A stretch of DNA of 64,000 bases from the NCBI GenBank assembly GCA_014905635.1, contig JABVCE010000020.1, positions 62,001-126,000 of the forward strand. The letters are read 5' to 3'. The notes below the pieces were generated by a model. The model worked only from the letters and a program-made list of their open reading frames with translations, searched no databases and was not told the origin of the DNA. Source of the DNA: Scenedesmus sp. PABB004. Lineage: Eukaryota. Shown one piece after another: positions 27,101-37,899 of this stretch (its first letter is position 1; each line of letters opens with the position of its first letter). Made by a program: the position numbers and the translations under genes.

Positions 27101-30100
27101 TCCGTCCCTAAAACACCTAAACCCTGTCTCTAAACACCTCCTAAACCCCGTCCCTACCCCCTCCTACCCCCCCCCCCCAGACTGAGCCGGGCTGAGCGTG
27201 ATCGTCGAGGCGGTGATCGGGGCGCGGCGCATCTTCCAGCGCATGACCACCTACGCCAAGTACACGGTGCGGGGGGTGGCTGTGGGGGGCTGTGGGGGGG
27301 GGGGGGGGGGGCTGTGTGTGTGTGTGTGTGTGGCTGCGTGTGTGTGTGACTGTGTCGGTGGGTGACTGTGTGCGGGGCCGCGTGTGTGTGGGGGGGAGGG
27401 GGGAGGGGCGCTGGCTGATGGGCGGGCGCTCCCGCGGGCGGGCGGGCGGGCGGGTGCCCCCGGTACGCGTCAGGCGGCCTCACACACCCGCCTCACCCCC
27501 CCCCCTCACCCCCCCCCCCCCCAGGTCGCGATGACGTTCCGCATCTGCTTCACCTTTGGCCTCCTGACCATCGCCTACAACTGGTGCGCGCCGCCCTCCC
27601 TCGCTCTTTGAATCTCTATCTCTCTCACTCCCTCTCTCTCTCTCTCTCTCTCTCCCTCTCTCCCCCTCTTGCTCCCTGCACTCCCTCTCTCCGCTCACCC
27701 CACCCCCTGCTCCCCCCTGAACCCCCCCCCCCCCACCCCCCCACCCCCCCCACCCCCACCCCCCTTCAACCCCTCCCCCCCACCCCCCCCCCACCCCCCC
27801 CCACCCCCCCCTTCAACCCCTCCCCCCCCACCCCCCCTTCAACCCCTCCCCCCCCCCACCCCCCCCCACCCCCCCACCCCCCCACCCCCCCCACCACCCC
27901 CCCCACCCCCCTTCAACCCCTCCCCCCCTTCAACCCCCCACCCCCCCCCACCCCCCCCCCCCCCCCCCCCCACCCCCCCACCCCCCCCCACCCCCCCCCC
28001 AGGACGTTCCCCACCATCCTCATCGTCCTCCTCGCCGTGTTCAACGACGGCGCCATGATCGCCCTCTCCAAGGACCGCGTCACGCCCAGCCCCACGCCCA
28101 ACAGCTGGCGCCTGCGCGACATCTTTGCCGTGGGCATCGTGTACGGCCTCTACCTCACGCTCAGCACTTGGGTGCTCTTCCACGTGCGCGGTTGAGGGCC
28201 CGTGGGGGACAGGGGCTCGGGGTTTAGCGGGGCTTGGGGCGCAGGGGTGCGGGTCGAGGCGCGTGCGCCGCCGCGCGGCCGGCGCGGCGCTCTGCTGCAA
28301 ACGGCGTCGGCGGCCGGCCGCGGCCGAGCCCCGGCTGGGCCCCGCCTGAGCCCTGGCGGCCGCCTAAACCCTAAACCCTCGCCGCGCGCGCAGGTCGCGG
28401 CCAAGACGACGTTCTTTGACAGCATCGGCATGTTCAGCCTCACCGACACCGACGCCGCCCTCGTGCCCCACTGCACGTGAGCCGCGCTGGGGGGGGGGGG
28501 GCGGGCAGGCGGCGGGGCGAGGAGAGGGGGGAGCGCGCGGGCGCGCGGCGCGCTCGGGGGCTGGCTGGCTGCACAGGCGCGTGTGGCGCGCACGCACGGC
28601 CCCGGCGGCGCCGCCGCCGCCCTGCGCCCTGCCGACGACGCCCCAACCCACCCCGCCCCCAAACACCCCGCAGGTCGCTGCTCGCCGCGCGCGGCATCAC
28701 CGACCTGACGTCCCCCGCGTCTGAGTTTGCGGGCGAGCTGGGCCCGGGGTACGCCGACGTCGACGCGCCGCTGCTGGAGCAGTGCCTCGCGGAGCAGCGC
28801 TACGTGCGCGGCGCGCAGCTGCGCACGCTCATCTACAACCAGGCGCGCCCCCGGTCGGGGTTCAGGGCGCGCCCTCGGTTGGGGTTTAGGGCGCGCCCCG
28901 GGGGACGGGGGTCTGGGCGGGATCCTGGGCGCGCCCTGGGGGGCGGGGTTCTGGGCGCGGTGCTGCGGCAGCGCTGCGGAGGGGCTCGGGAGGGGCTGGC
29001 CGGAGGCGGGGGATCGGGGGGGGGGGGGGGGGGCGCTCCGAGCTCGCCCGCGCCCCTCCCCCCACTCAACGCCACGCTCCGCGCCGCCGCCGGCGCCTGC
29101 CCCCTCAACCCCGCCGCCGCCGCCGCCTCCCCGCCGCCGCGCGCAGGTGTCTGTGAGCGGGCAGGCGCTCGTGTTTGTGGTGCGCACGAGCTCCCACTCC
29201 CTCATCAGCCGCGCGGGCGGGCTGACCTATGTGGCCTTCTTCCTCGCGCAGGCGCGGCGGCGGCGGGGTTTAGGGGGCGGCGGGGTTTAGGGGGCGGCGG
29301 GGTTTGGGGGGCGAGGGAGGGCGGCCTGGAGGGCGACGGCGCGGCGCGGGGCCGCCCCGCTGCTGCGCTTCTCGCGCGCGCCTGCCTGCGCCGCGCCGCT
29401 GACCACACGCCCTCACCCTCACCCCACCCACCCACCCACGCCTGCAAACAGGTCGCGTCGTCGCTCATCGCGGCGTTTGGCTTTGCCGGCTACGACCCGC
29501 CGCCCCAGGGCCTCGACGGCTGCGCGCTCTGCGCGACGAGCAAGGGCACGCACCCGCTCTTCTGGCCGAGCGGCCGCGTGCCGATCGCGCGCACCGAGTC
29601 GGAGTTCACCGCCAGCGTCATCGGCTGCGCGTATTACGTCATCGTGGCCTGGATCTGGTGCGCCCGGGCGCGCGCGCGCGGGGCGCGGCGGCTCTTCCGG
29701 GCCCTCTCCCTCTCTCTTGCCCTCTCTCCCTCTCTCTCTCTCTCTCGCCCCCTCTCTCCCTCTCTCTCTCCCTCTCCCCCTCCCCCTCCCTCCCTCCCAC
29801 TCTCTCCTCTTCTCACCCTAAACCCTAAACCCTGAACCCCCCCGCACCCCCCCCACCCCCCCCAGGTCTGCGCTGTGGTACCTCGCGCTCGACCCGATCA
29901 AGTGGGGCCTCATGTGGTGCCTCAACGAGGAGGGCGTGCGCTCCCGCGCCTCCTGGCGCCGCTTCCTGCGCGGCCGCGCGCGGCCGCCGACCAAGACCGG
30001 TGCGACCGCCGGCTGGCTGCCCGCGCCCGCGCACGCACGCACCCACGCCCACACACCCACACAAACTCACACCCACACAACCTCACACCCACCCACACAA

Positions 30101-30681
30101 ACTCCCCCCCCCCACACACACACACACACGCCCACACGCGCAGGCGAGGAGCACGAGATCACGCTCGGCGCTGCCGCGGCCAACCACCTCAACCCCATGG
30201 GCCGCGCGAGCCTGGGCCGCCCCGACCAGGCCACGCTCGCGCGCGCGTCCATCATCAAGGTGGGCGGGGCGCAGGGCTTGGGGTTTACGGGGGCTGCGCG
30301 CCCGGCGCGGCGCGGGGGCGCGGGCGCCGCGCTGCGCCGCACTGCGCCGCGCTGCGCCGCGCTGCGCCGCCAGCGTCGCTGCGGCCGGCGCGCGCCCGCC
30401 GCCCTCCCAAGCCCACCTCCTCGGCCCTGCCCCCCCCCCCCCCCCCGCAGGTGGACGTCAACCCCGAGACCGGCCTGCGCACCGTCAGCGTCGCGACGCC
30501 CGGCGACCGTGCGCGGCGCAGCATGGAGGTCGCGCGCCACCTCGGCCAGGTCTCCACCGGCAGCCTCGTGGTCGGCGCCAACCCCTACGCCCGCACCAGC
30601 GGCAACCCCTACGCCCGCACGAGCGCGGCGGGGCGCATGCAGCGCGCGACGTCCAACCGGGCCAGCATCGACCTGCCCTAA
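21158..30681 (+). CDS. PMA: Plasma-membrane P-type H+-ATPase (P3A), ~32 exons
   Basis: Motifs [57 protein letters not shown] (phosphorylation site ~23931), [44 protein letters not shown] and [12 protein letters not shown]. One base is missing at ~27190 (TEPGLSVI). Stop TAA at 30679-30681. Confidence 0.95.
27700..28000. repeat. C-rich low-complexity intron tract with recurrent CCCCTTCAACCCC units (G4-prone on the minus strand)
   Basis: Nearly pure C runs broken by A or TTCAA; preceded by a CT-rich tract at ~27620-27690. Confidence 0.8.
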
Positions 30682-31160
30682 GACGCGCGCGGCGCGACGC
30701 GCGGCGCGGCGTGTGCGGCGCGGCGCGTGGGACGGCGCGCGGGGGCGGCGACGCGCGGCGCGGGCGCGGCGCGCGGGGATGGGAGCGCGCGGCGGGGCTT
30801 GGGGTGTTGGGGGGTTTAGGGGGAGGGCTGCATGCAGCGGGCGGGCATCGATGGCCGCCGCCGCCGCCGCGTGCGTGCACGCGTGCGTGCGTGCGTGCGC
30901 GCGGTGGGCCCAGATGACTGGCCGCAGCTGGCCAGCAGCGCGTGCTGCCAGCGGCTGCGGCGCCGGCGGCTTTTGGCGGCGGCGGCGGTGTGGGGGATTC
31001 AGCCAGGGATTGCACTGGCTCGGCCTGGGCCGCTCAGCGGGCTTTGACTCGGCCTGGCGGCGACGGTGTGGGGGGCTTCACGACGGATAAATGGTGCCAC
31101 CATTCATGGTGCTGGCGGCCTTGGATTGTGCCATGAGCGTCGCGACTCACTCGCTGACCA

Positions 31161-31193
<33 letters not shown>

Positions 31194-31406
31194 AGGGAGG
31201 GCGGTGGGCTGGGGGCGCGCGCGTGGCAATTGACACGCCGCAAAGCCCCGCAACGCCCCGCGCGCGCCGCAAGCCCAGAGCGGCCACTTCAGCGCGAGCA
31301 CCTTGCGGCCTCCAGCAGCCACCACGCGAGTCGGCGCCCGCAGCCGCCCGCCGCGGCAGCAGCAGCAGCACCGGCCGCGCCGGCTCGCACGCGCCCGCGC
31401 GCAGCC

Positions 31407-33235
31407 ATGCTGACGTCGCGGGGAGCTGTACAAGCGGGCGTGAGCATGCTGCGCCTGCGCGCGGGCCCGGGAGGCGCCTGGTGGTGCGGGCCGCGCCTGG
31501 CCCGGGCATCGTCCGGCACTCCGCGGCCCGCCAGCAGCGGCAGCGAGTCCCAGACGGCGCCGCTGGACATCCCCGCGCTGGCAAAGATGGCGCACATCCA
31601 AGTCAGCGAGCAGGAGGTGCAATGGGGCGACGTGCGCGCCGCGGGTGCCGCCGGAGCAGCGGCGGCGAGCTCGGCCGGCGCCGCCGCGCGAGCGCGGCCC
31701 GCCGCCCTCGCGCGCGCGTCGCAGGTGGCCGAGTGGGAGCCCAAGATCTCCGGCATCGTTGACTGGTGCGCCGCCGGGCGGGGGCGCGGGCGCGGGCAGC
31801 GCGGGCAGCGGCGCGGCCGGCGTGCGGCGCTCCCCGGGCGGCGGCTCACGCGGCGGGGGCCCGCGCCGCGCGCAGGTTTGGGCAGCTGCAGGCGGTGGAC
31901 GTGGAGGGCGTGCCGCCCGCGGTGCACGCACGCGACGAGGGCAACGTGCTGCGGCCGGACGAGCCCGCCGTGTATGCCAACAGGCGCGCACGCAGGCGCC
32001 CGGGAGGGGGGACAACGCGCGCCGCCGGCCCACGCCGGCGTGCCCGCGCAGCGCGCGCGGGGGCGGCGCAGGCCCGCCGTGGCGGCGTCCCGCCTGCGGC
32101 GGCGGCGCAGACGCGCGCCGCGCCGCCGCCGCCGCCCCGGCAGGGAGGCGATCATGGCGGCAGTCCCGGAGCAGCAGGGCGGCTTTGTGCGCGTGCCCAA
32201 GATCTCCACCGGCGCCGACACGCCGCCCGCGAGCAGCAGCAGCAGCAGCACCAGCACCAGCAGCAGCGTGGACGACGCCCCCGCCGCCGCCGCAGCCGCC
32301 GCCGCCGCGGGCGACGCCGGTGGCGTGAGCGAGGCGGAGCGCGCGGCGCTCGCGGCGCTGGACATCCGCGTCGGCCGCGTGCTGTCCTGCGAGCGCCACC
32401 CCGACGCCGACAGGTGCGCGGCCGCGGCCGCGCCGCGGCAGGCTCTGACCTGGGCCCCCGGGCCGCCACCAAAACCGCGCCACACCTCTAAACCGCCCTG
32501 AACCCTCCTCCCCGCCGCAGCCTGTACGTGGAGCAGATTGACGTCGGCGAGCCGGAGCCGCGCACGATCGTGTCGGGGTGCGGCGACGTGGCCGCGCGGC
32601 GCGGCGCGGCGACGCGCGGCCGGCGCGCTGCCGGCGCGCAGCGCCGCAGCACACAGCATGGGCCCGCCCGCGGGGGTGCGCGGCGCTCTCTCCGACGACC
32701 CCCCACACGCCTTCACGCACGCGCTCACGCACACGCGCTCACGCACCACGCCCACGCACGCGCGCACACCCCGGCGGCCGCGCAGGCTGGTCAAGTACGT
32801 GCCGCTGGAGGCCATGACGGGGCGCGGCGTCATCGTGCTGTGCAACCTCAAGCCGCGCAGCATGCGGGGAATCAAGGCGCGGACCGCGGCAGGGGCTCGC
32901 TCGCGGGGGCCCGCGGGGCGCCCAGCCGCCGCGCGGCGCCTGGGCGCGGGCTGACCGCCGCCCGACCTCCTGCGGCCGCGTGCCCCCCCCCCCCCCCCCC
33001 CCCCCCCCGGCCGCCCGCCCCCGCACGCGCGCGCAGAGCCACGGCATGCTGCTGGCCGCGTCCAACGAGGAGCACACCGCGGTGGAGCCGCTCGCGCCCG
33101 CGCCCGGCGCGGCGCCCGGCACGCGCGTGTGGTTTGGCGAGCAGCGCGAGCAGGCGCGGCGCGCGCACAGCGCGCACAGCGCGCGGCGCGCGCAGGGCGC
33201 CGCGCGGGGGCAGCGCGCAGGCGTTGCGCGACCGC

Positions 33236-33266
<31 letters not shown>

Positions 33267-33436
33267 AGGCCGCGCCGATGGAGCCCAACCCGCTGGCCAA
33301 GAGGAAGGTGTGGGAGGGCGTGGCGCCGGTGCTGCGCACCGACGGCGAGCGCGCCGCCAACTTCAAGGGCGCCGCGATGCGCACGGACGAGGGGCCCGTC
33401 ACGGCGGCCAGCCTCGCCGGCGCGCGCATCGGCTGA
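31407..33436 (+). CDS. GATC: Organellar Glu-tRNA(Gln) amidotransferase subunit C fused to an EMAPII/Arc1p-like tRNA-binding OB-fold domain
   Basis: Arg/Ser/Ala-rich transit-like N-terminus. GatC part: LDIPALAKMAHIQVSEQEVAEWEPKISGIVDWFGQLQAVDVEGVPP...NVLRPDEP...REAIMAAVPEQQGGFVRVPKI. tRNA-binding part: [44 protein letters not shown]...VLCNLKPRSMRGIKSHGMLLAAS...SLAGARIG*. Eight exons. Confidence 0.88.
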
Positions 33437-33867
33437 GGGGCTGAGGGGGGCGCTCTGCAACAGTTGCGTGCAGTTGAGCTTTACGCGCGCCGAGCAGCCG
33501 GCGCGGCCAAGGCGCAGAGCAGCGGCGGCAGCGCACGCGGCGGCAGCGCACGCTTGCCGCCCCGAGTGCGCTTCCTGCACGTAGTTGGCTCCTGCTGGGG
33601 TGCCCACACGACAGGGCGTCGCGGCAGGGCGCAAAGAGACGACCGGCATGTCACTCGGCGCTCAAAACTGAAACCGCGAGCTGCGCACGGCAGGGGCTTC
33701 CCAGGCCGGCTGGCCGCACCTCGCTCGCCGCTCCCCCGCAGCGCGGCGCGCAGCCAGCGCGGCAGCACCGCACGACCGCAACGGCTAGTGGCCCGCGCCG
33801 CATCCAGGGCCCGCGGGCGACCATGGCGGCCCGCAGCGAACGGAGGCGGCCGTGAGATGCTGACGGC

Positions 33868-34666
33868 ATGAAGCGCGCGCTGGCGCAGGTGGCGCCCAGC
33901 GCGACGCCGCTGCCGAACGCGCTGGGCAAGAAATGCCGGCCCGCCGGGCTTTGCGGCACGCCCGTGGAGGGCCTGACGGAGGTGCGGGCCCTGGGCCGGG
34001 CCAGCCGGGCGCCAGCGCTGCGCGTTGTGGCGGGGCGGTTGCCGAATGCTGCCCTCCGCAGGTGGACACGCCGGAGAGCCAGCAGCGCGCGGGCTTCATC
34101 CCCGACACCACCCAGAGACGGCTGGAGGACTTCTGCCTCAGCACGCCTCTGTCGCTGAGCCAGGCGGCCGGCGTGGAGGTGGGCGCGCGGGCGCGCGCTG
34201 CGCCGCCGCTGCTGTGGCCGGCGCGGCGCCGGCACGGGGCGCGCGCCGACCGCGCCGCCGCCCCCGCGCGGCCCCTGCTGCAGACGCCGACGCTGGGAAC
34301 CAAGGGCCCGCAACAGGCGGCGCAGCAGGCGGCGCAGCAGCAGCCGGCGAGCCGGGGCAAGGATGGCGGCAGCGGCCAGGCCGGCGGCGCGCCGCGGCAC
34401 CGCCTCGCCAACATCAGCAACCTCCCGCCCAGCCCGCTGCGCAGCCCGGCGCGCGATGAGGGCGACGCGGCGGCTATGGACTGCAGCGTGCAGCCCAAGC
34501 AGCGCCCCGCGTCGGCGCAGCAGGCGCAGCAGGCGCAGCAGCAGCAGCAGCAGCCGGCCCGCCCGCAGCGCGGACGGCGGCCAGGGCAGCCCATGTTCTT
34601 GAGAGGTGGGTGCGGCGGGCGCCGCGCCGGGCCCAGTGGGGCACTGACGAGCTGGCCGGCCGGTGA

Positions 34667-34709
<43 letters not shown>

Positions 34710-36901
34710 CCGTCCCGCCCACCCGCCGCGCCCGCTGCGCCCGCCGCGCCCGCCGCGCCTGCCGCGCCCGCCGCGCCGCGCCCACAGAGCTGATGTCGCC
34801 CGCGGCGACGACGCCCGGCCCGGGCAGCGCGGCGCGGGCGGGCGCGGCGCTGTCGGCCGTGGCGGCGACGCCGTACCCGCCGTCGTGCGGCGGGGCTGCC
34901 GGCGTGTGCCCCGGCTCCGCCTGCTTTGGCAGCGAGGACGGCTTTGTGCTGCACACGAGCCAGTCCTACTGCCGGTCCAGCCAGCCCGCGATCAGCCCCA
35001 ACGTTGCGGCGGGGCTCGCAGCGGCGGCGCCGGACGCCGACGAGGACGCCGGCGCGGCCGCGGACGACGGCGACGGCGGGGCGGGGTGCCTGCAGCAGCA
35101 GCCGTTCACCACGCCCTCGCAGGACAGCAGGGTGCGGGCGCGCGCGGCGCACGGCGTGCGTGCGCAGCGGCGCCGTGGGTGCCGGCGGGCTGACCCAACC
35201 GCGCGCCCGACCGCGCAGGAGCCGCCGCGGCCGAGCGCGTCCAACGTGACCTGCAGCGCCGCAACGTCGATGGACCACCCCGACGCCGACCACCCCGGCG
35301 CGGCGCCGCCGCCGCAGCTGCTGGCGGGCGCGGCGCAGCTGCAGCCGCACGCCGGCCCGCGCTGCAGCCAGCCGGCGCGCGGCGAGGCGGCGGGCCCGAG
35401 CCGCTTTGCCAGCGGCGGCAGCAGCCACACTGGCTTTGCGCTCGCCGCGGCCGCGAGCGCGACGCCGGGCGAGTCGCTCGCCGCGCTGCTGGGCGAGCGA
35501 GAGCTCGAGGAGACGGCCACGCCAGAGCTGGAGCAGATCGGCATCGGCAGCCAGGACCCCGGCGGCAGCCAGCCGAGCGCCGCGCGGCGCGCCGCAGCGG
35601 GCGGCGCGGGCGCGGCGCACGCCGCGGCCGGCGCGGCGGGCCGCAGCGGCGGCGGCGCCGGCGGCAGCGGCGTGGTGTGCGAGGAGGTGACGGCGAAGCA
35701 GGTGCTGTTCCCGATCTTCCGGCCCAAGAGCTGCCGCAAGTGCGTCATCCTCGTGCGGCACGGCGAGTCGAGTGAGTCGCGGCAGAGGGGCAGAGGGGCA
35801 GGGGGGGGGGGGGCAGGCGAGCGCGCGCGCCGCCTGCCCCGCCTGCAGCGGCGGCGGCGGCGGCGCGCCGAGCCTCCCGCCGCCGCCGTCGTGCTGCGCA
35901 GCGTACAACCGGCTGGACGCGCACGGCAAGGCGTGGTCCGACCCGACCGTCTTTGACGCGCCGCTCACGGCGCGGGGGCGGCAGCAGGCGGCGGGCGCGC
36001 AGCGCGAGCTCGCGCGGCAGCTCGAGAAGCACAGCGCGCTCGGCGGCGTGCTCTGGCTCAGCAGCCCGCTGAGCCGCGCGCTGGAGACGATGCTGCTGGC
36101 CTTTCCCGACCTGGAGCAGCTCGCGCGCGGCCAGCCGGGCGCGAGCCGGCGGCCGCTCGTGGCGACGCCGAGCGCGCACCGCGTCATGGTGCTCAGGTGA
36201 CGCCGCCGCGCTGTGCGCTGCGCCCCGCCCCGCCCCCTGGTCCTGCTGCGTGCCGCTGGTCCCCGCTGGTCCCCCCCCTGGTCCCCGCTGACTCGCTCGC
36301 TGCCTGCCCGCCGCCGCCGCGCCGCGGTCGGCGCAGCATGATCGCCGAGCACTGCGCGACGACCGGCGACGTGGGCCGCCCCGCCAGCCAGCTCACGGCG
36401 CGCTTCCCCGCGCTCGCGAGCCAGCTGGGCGAGCTGCCGGAGCAGTGGTGGTTCAACCCCTGCCCCGTCAACCCCAACTGCGCGCAGAAGCGGTACGGCG
36501 CGGCGTGCATGCGCTGCTGCGGCTGCGCCCCCCTGCTGCCCCGTGCTGCCCCCCGCGCTCGCGCGCCCCCGCGCGCTCACGCCGCCCCGCGCTCACGCGG
36601 CACAGGCTGTTTGGGCGCAAGGAGACTCTGGACGAGATGCGGCGCCGCGTGAGCGAGTTTAGCCGCTGGCTGCGCGCCACGCCGGAGCAGGTGCGCGCCG
36701 CGCCGCGCCGATTGCGTGCGGCCTTTCAGCCTTTGCTCGCGGCGCGCGCGCGCTCACCCGCCGCGGCGCGCGCGCTCACCGCCGCCGCGCCCCCACGCGC
36801 CGCAGGTGGTGGTCGCGTTTGGTCACAGCACGTATTGGAAGTACTTCAGCAACAGCAAGGCCAAGATGCGCAACTGCGAGGTGCTGCAGCTCTGGTGGTG
36901 A
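33868..36901 (+). CDS. Histidine phosphatase (phosphoglycerate mutase-like) family protein with a long disordered N-terminus
   Basis: VILVRHGES (RHG at ~35756), FDAPLTARGRQQA, SSPLSRALET, GDVGRP, ET...RRRV and VAFGHS; ends NCEVLQLWW*. Confidence 0.8.
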
Positions 36902-37899
36902 CCCCGCGGGGTGGTGGTGACCCCGGGGCCCCCGGTCCGCCTGGGCGCGCCGCGGGGGCGCGCGCGCCGGCGGCGGCTGGCCGCGCGCGAGGGGGGCGCT
37001 GACCCCTGACCCGGCGCGTTGCGTCGGCGCGCCGCGCCGCGACGGCTGACCCACATGACCCGTGAGTTGCCGGCGGCCCGCGCCGCGCGGCCGCGGCGCC
37101 GGCTGTGCGGACGTCACGGCGGTGCACGCGCGACGACGCCGCCCCCGGTCGTGCGCCGCGGCCGCCGCGGTCGGCGTGCGCCGCCGCCCTCGCGGCCTGA
37201 GCGGCATCGCGCGCCGCGTGCTGAGCGGGCCGCATTGGCCCGCGCAGCAGCGGCGTGACAGCACTGAGCGGGCGCGCCTCACCGCCGGGCGGCGGCAAGG
37301 AGCGGGAGGGCGGCTGCGGAGCGTGAACGCTTGAGCGCGCCTCGCCGCAGCCAACGAATGAACGGCCGCGCCGGCTCGTCCACGCCGTGCCGCGCGCGCT
37401 GCCGGCCGCCGCGAGGCGTGAGGCCGTCGCCGTGCCAAGCTGCTCCGGCGCGTGCTTGACCAGCTCGTTTCGAATAGCCTCGGTCGAGCTCAGCTTGGCG
37501 TGTGGCCAGCCCGCCTGGCCACAGTGCGCACGCTGCGAGCAGCGGCGGCGCGGGGTGACGCCGAGCGCGTGTTGCCGCGAGCCCGCAAAACCGCGCCCAA
37601 ACGCTCGCTTTCGCCATTATCTAGCCCCAGGCACGCCGCCCAGGCCCGCACGCCCGCATCTCCAGCGCCCGGCCAGCTCCGGCCCGCCAGGCTGCCTCCC
37701 CCGGCCCGCTGAGCCTCCCAGCCGTCGCGCCGCCCGGCAGTTCGCCGTCTCCCACCATGCAAGAACCAACTCTCGCCTCGCCAGCACCGCCCCGCGCACA
37801 CACGGCCCGCGGCACCGTGTCGGGCATCGACGCTGCTGCCGCAGCGCGCGCCCGCGCGACGAGGGGGCCAGCGGCATGCTCCTAGTGGGTTGAGCCGAC

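Noticed and set aside
27181..27200. H+-ATPase as a pseudogene (in-frame TGA at ~27193)
   Set aside because: All other motifs and splice sites are intact. One restored base gives the conserved TEPGLSVI, and similar indels recur across the window.
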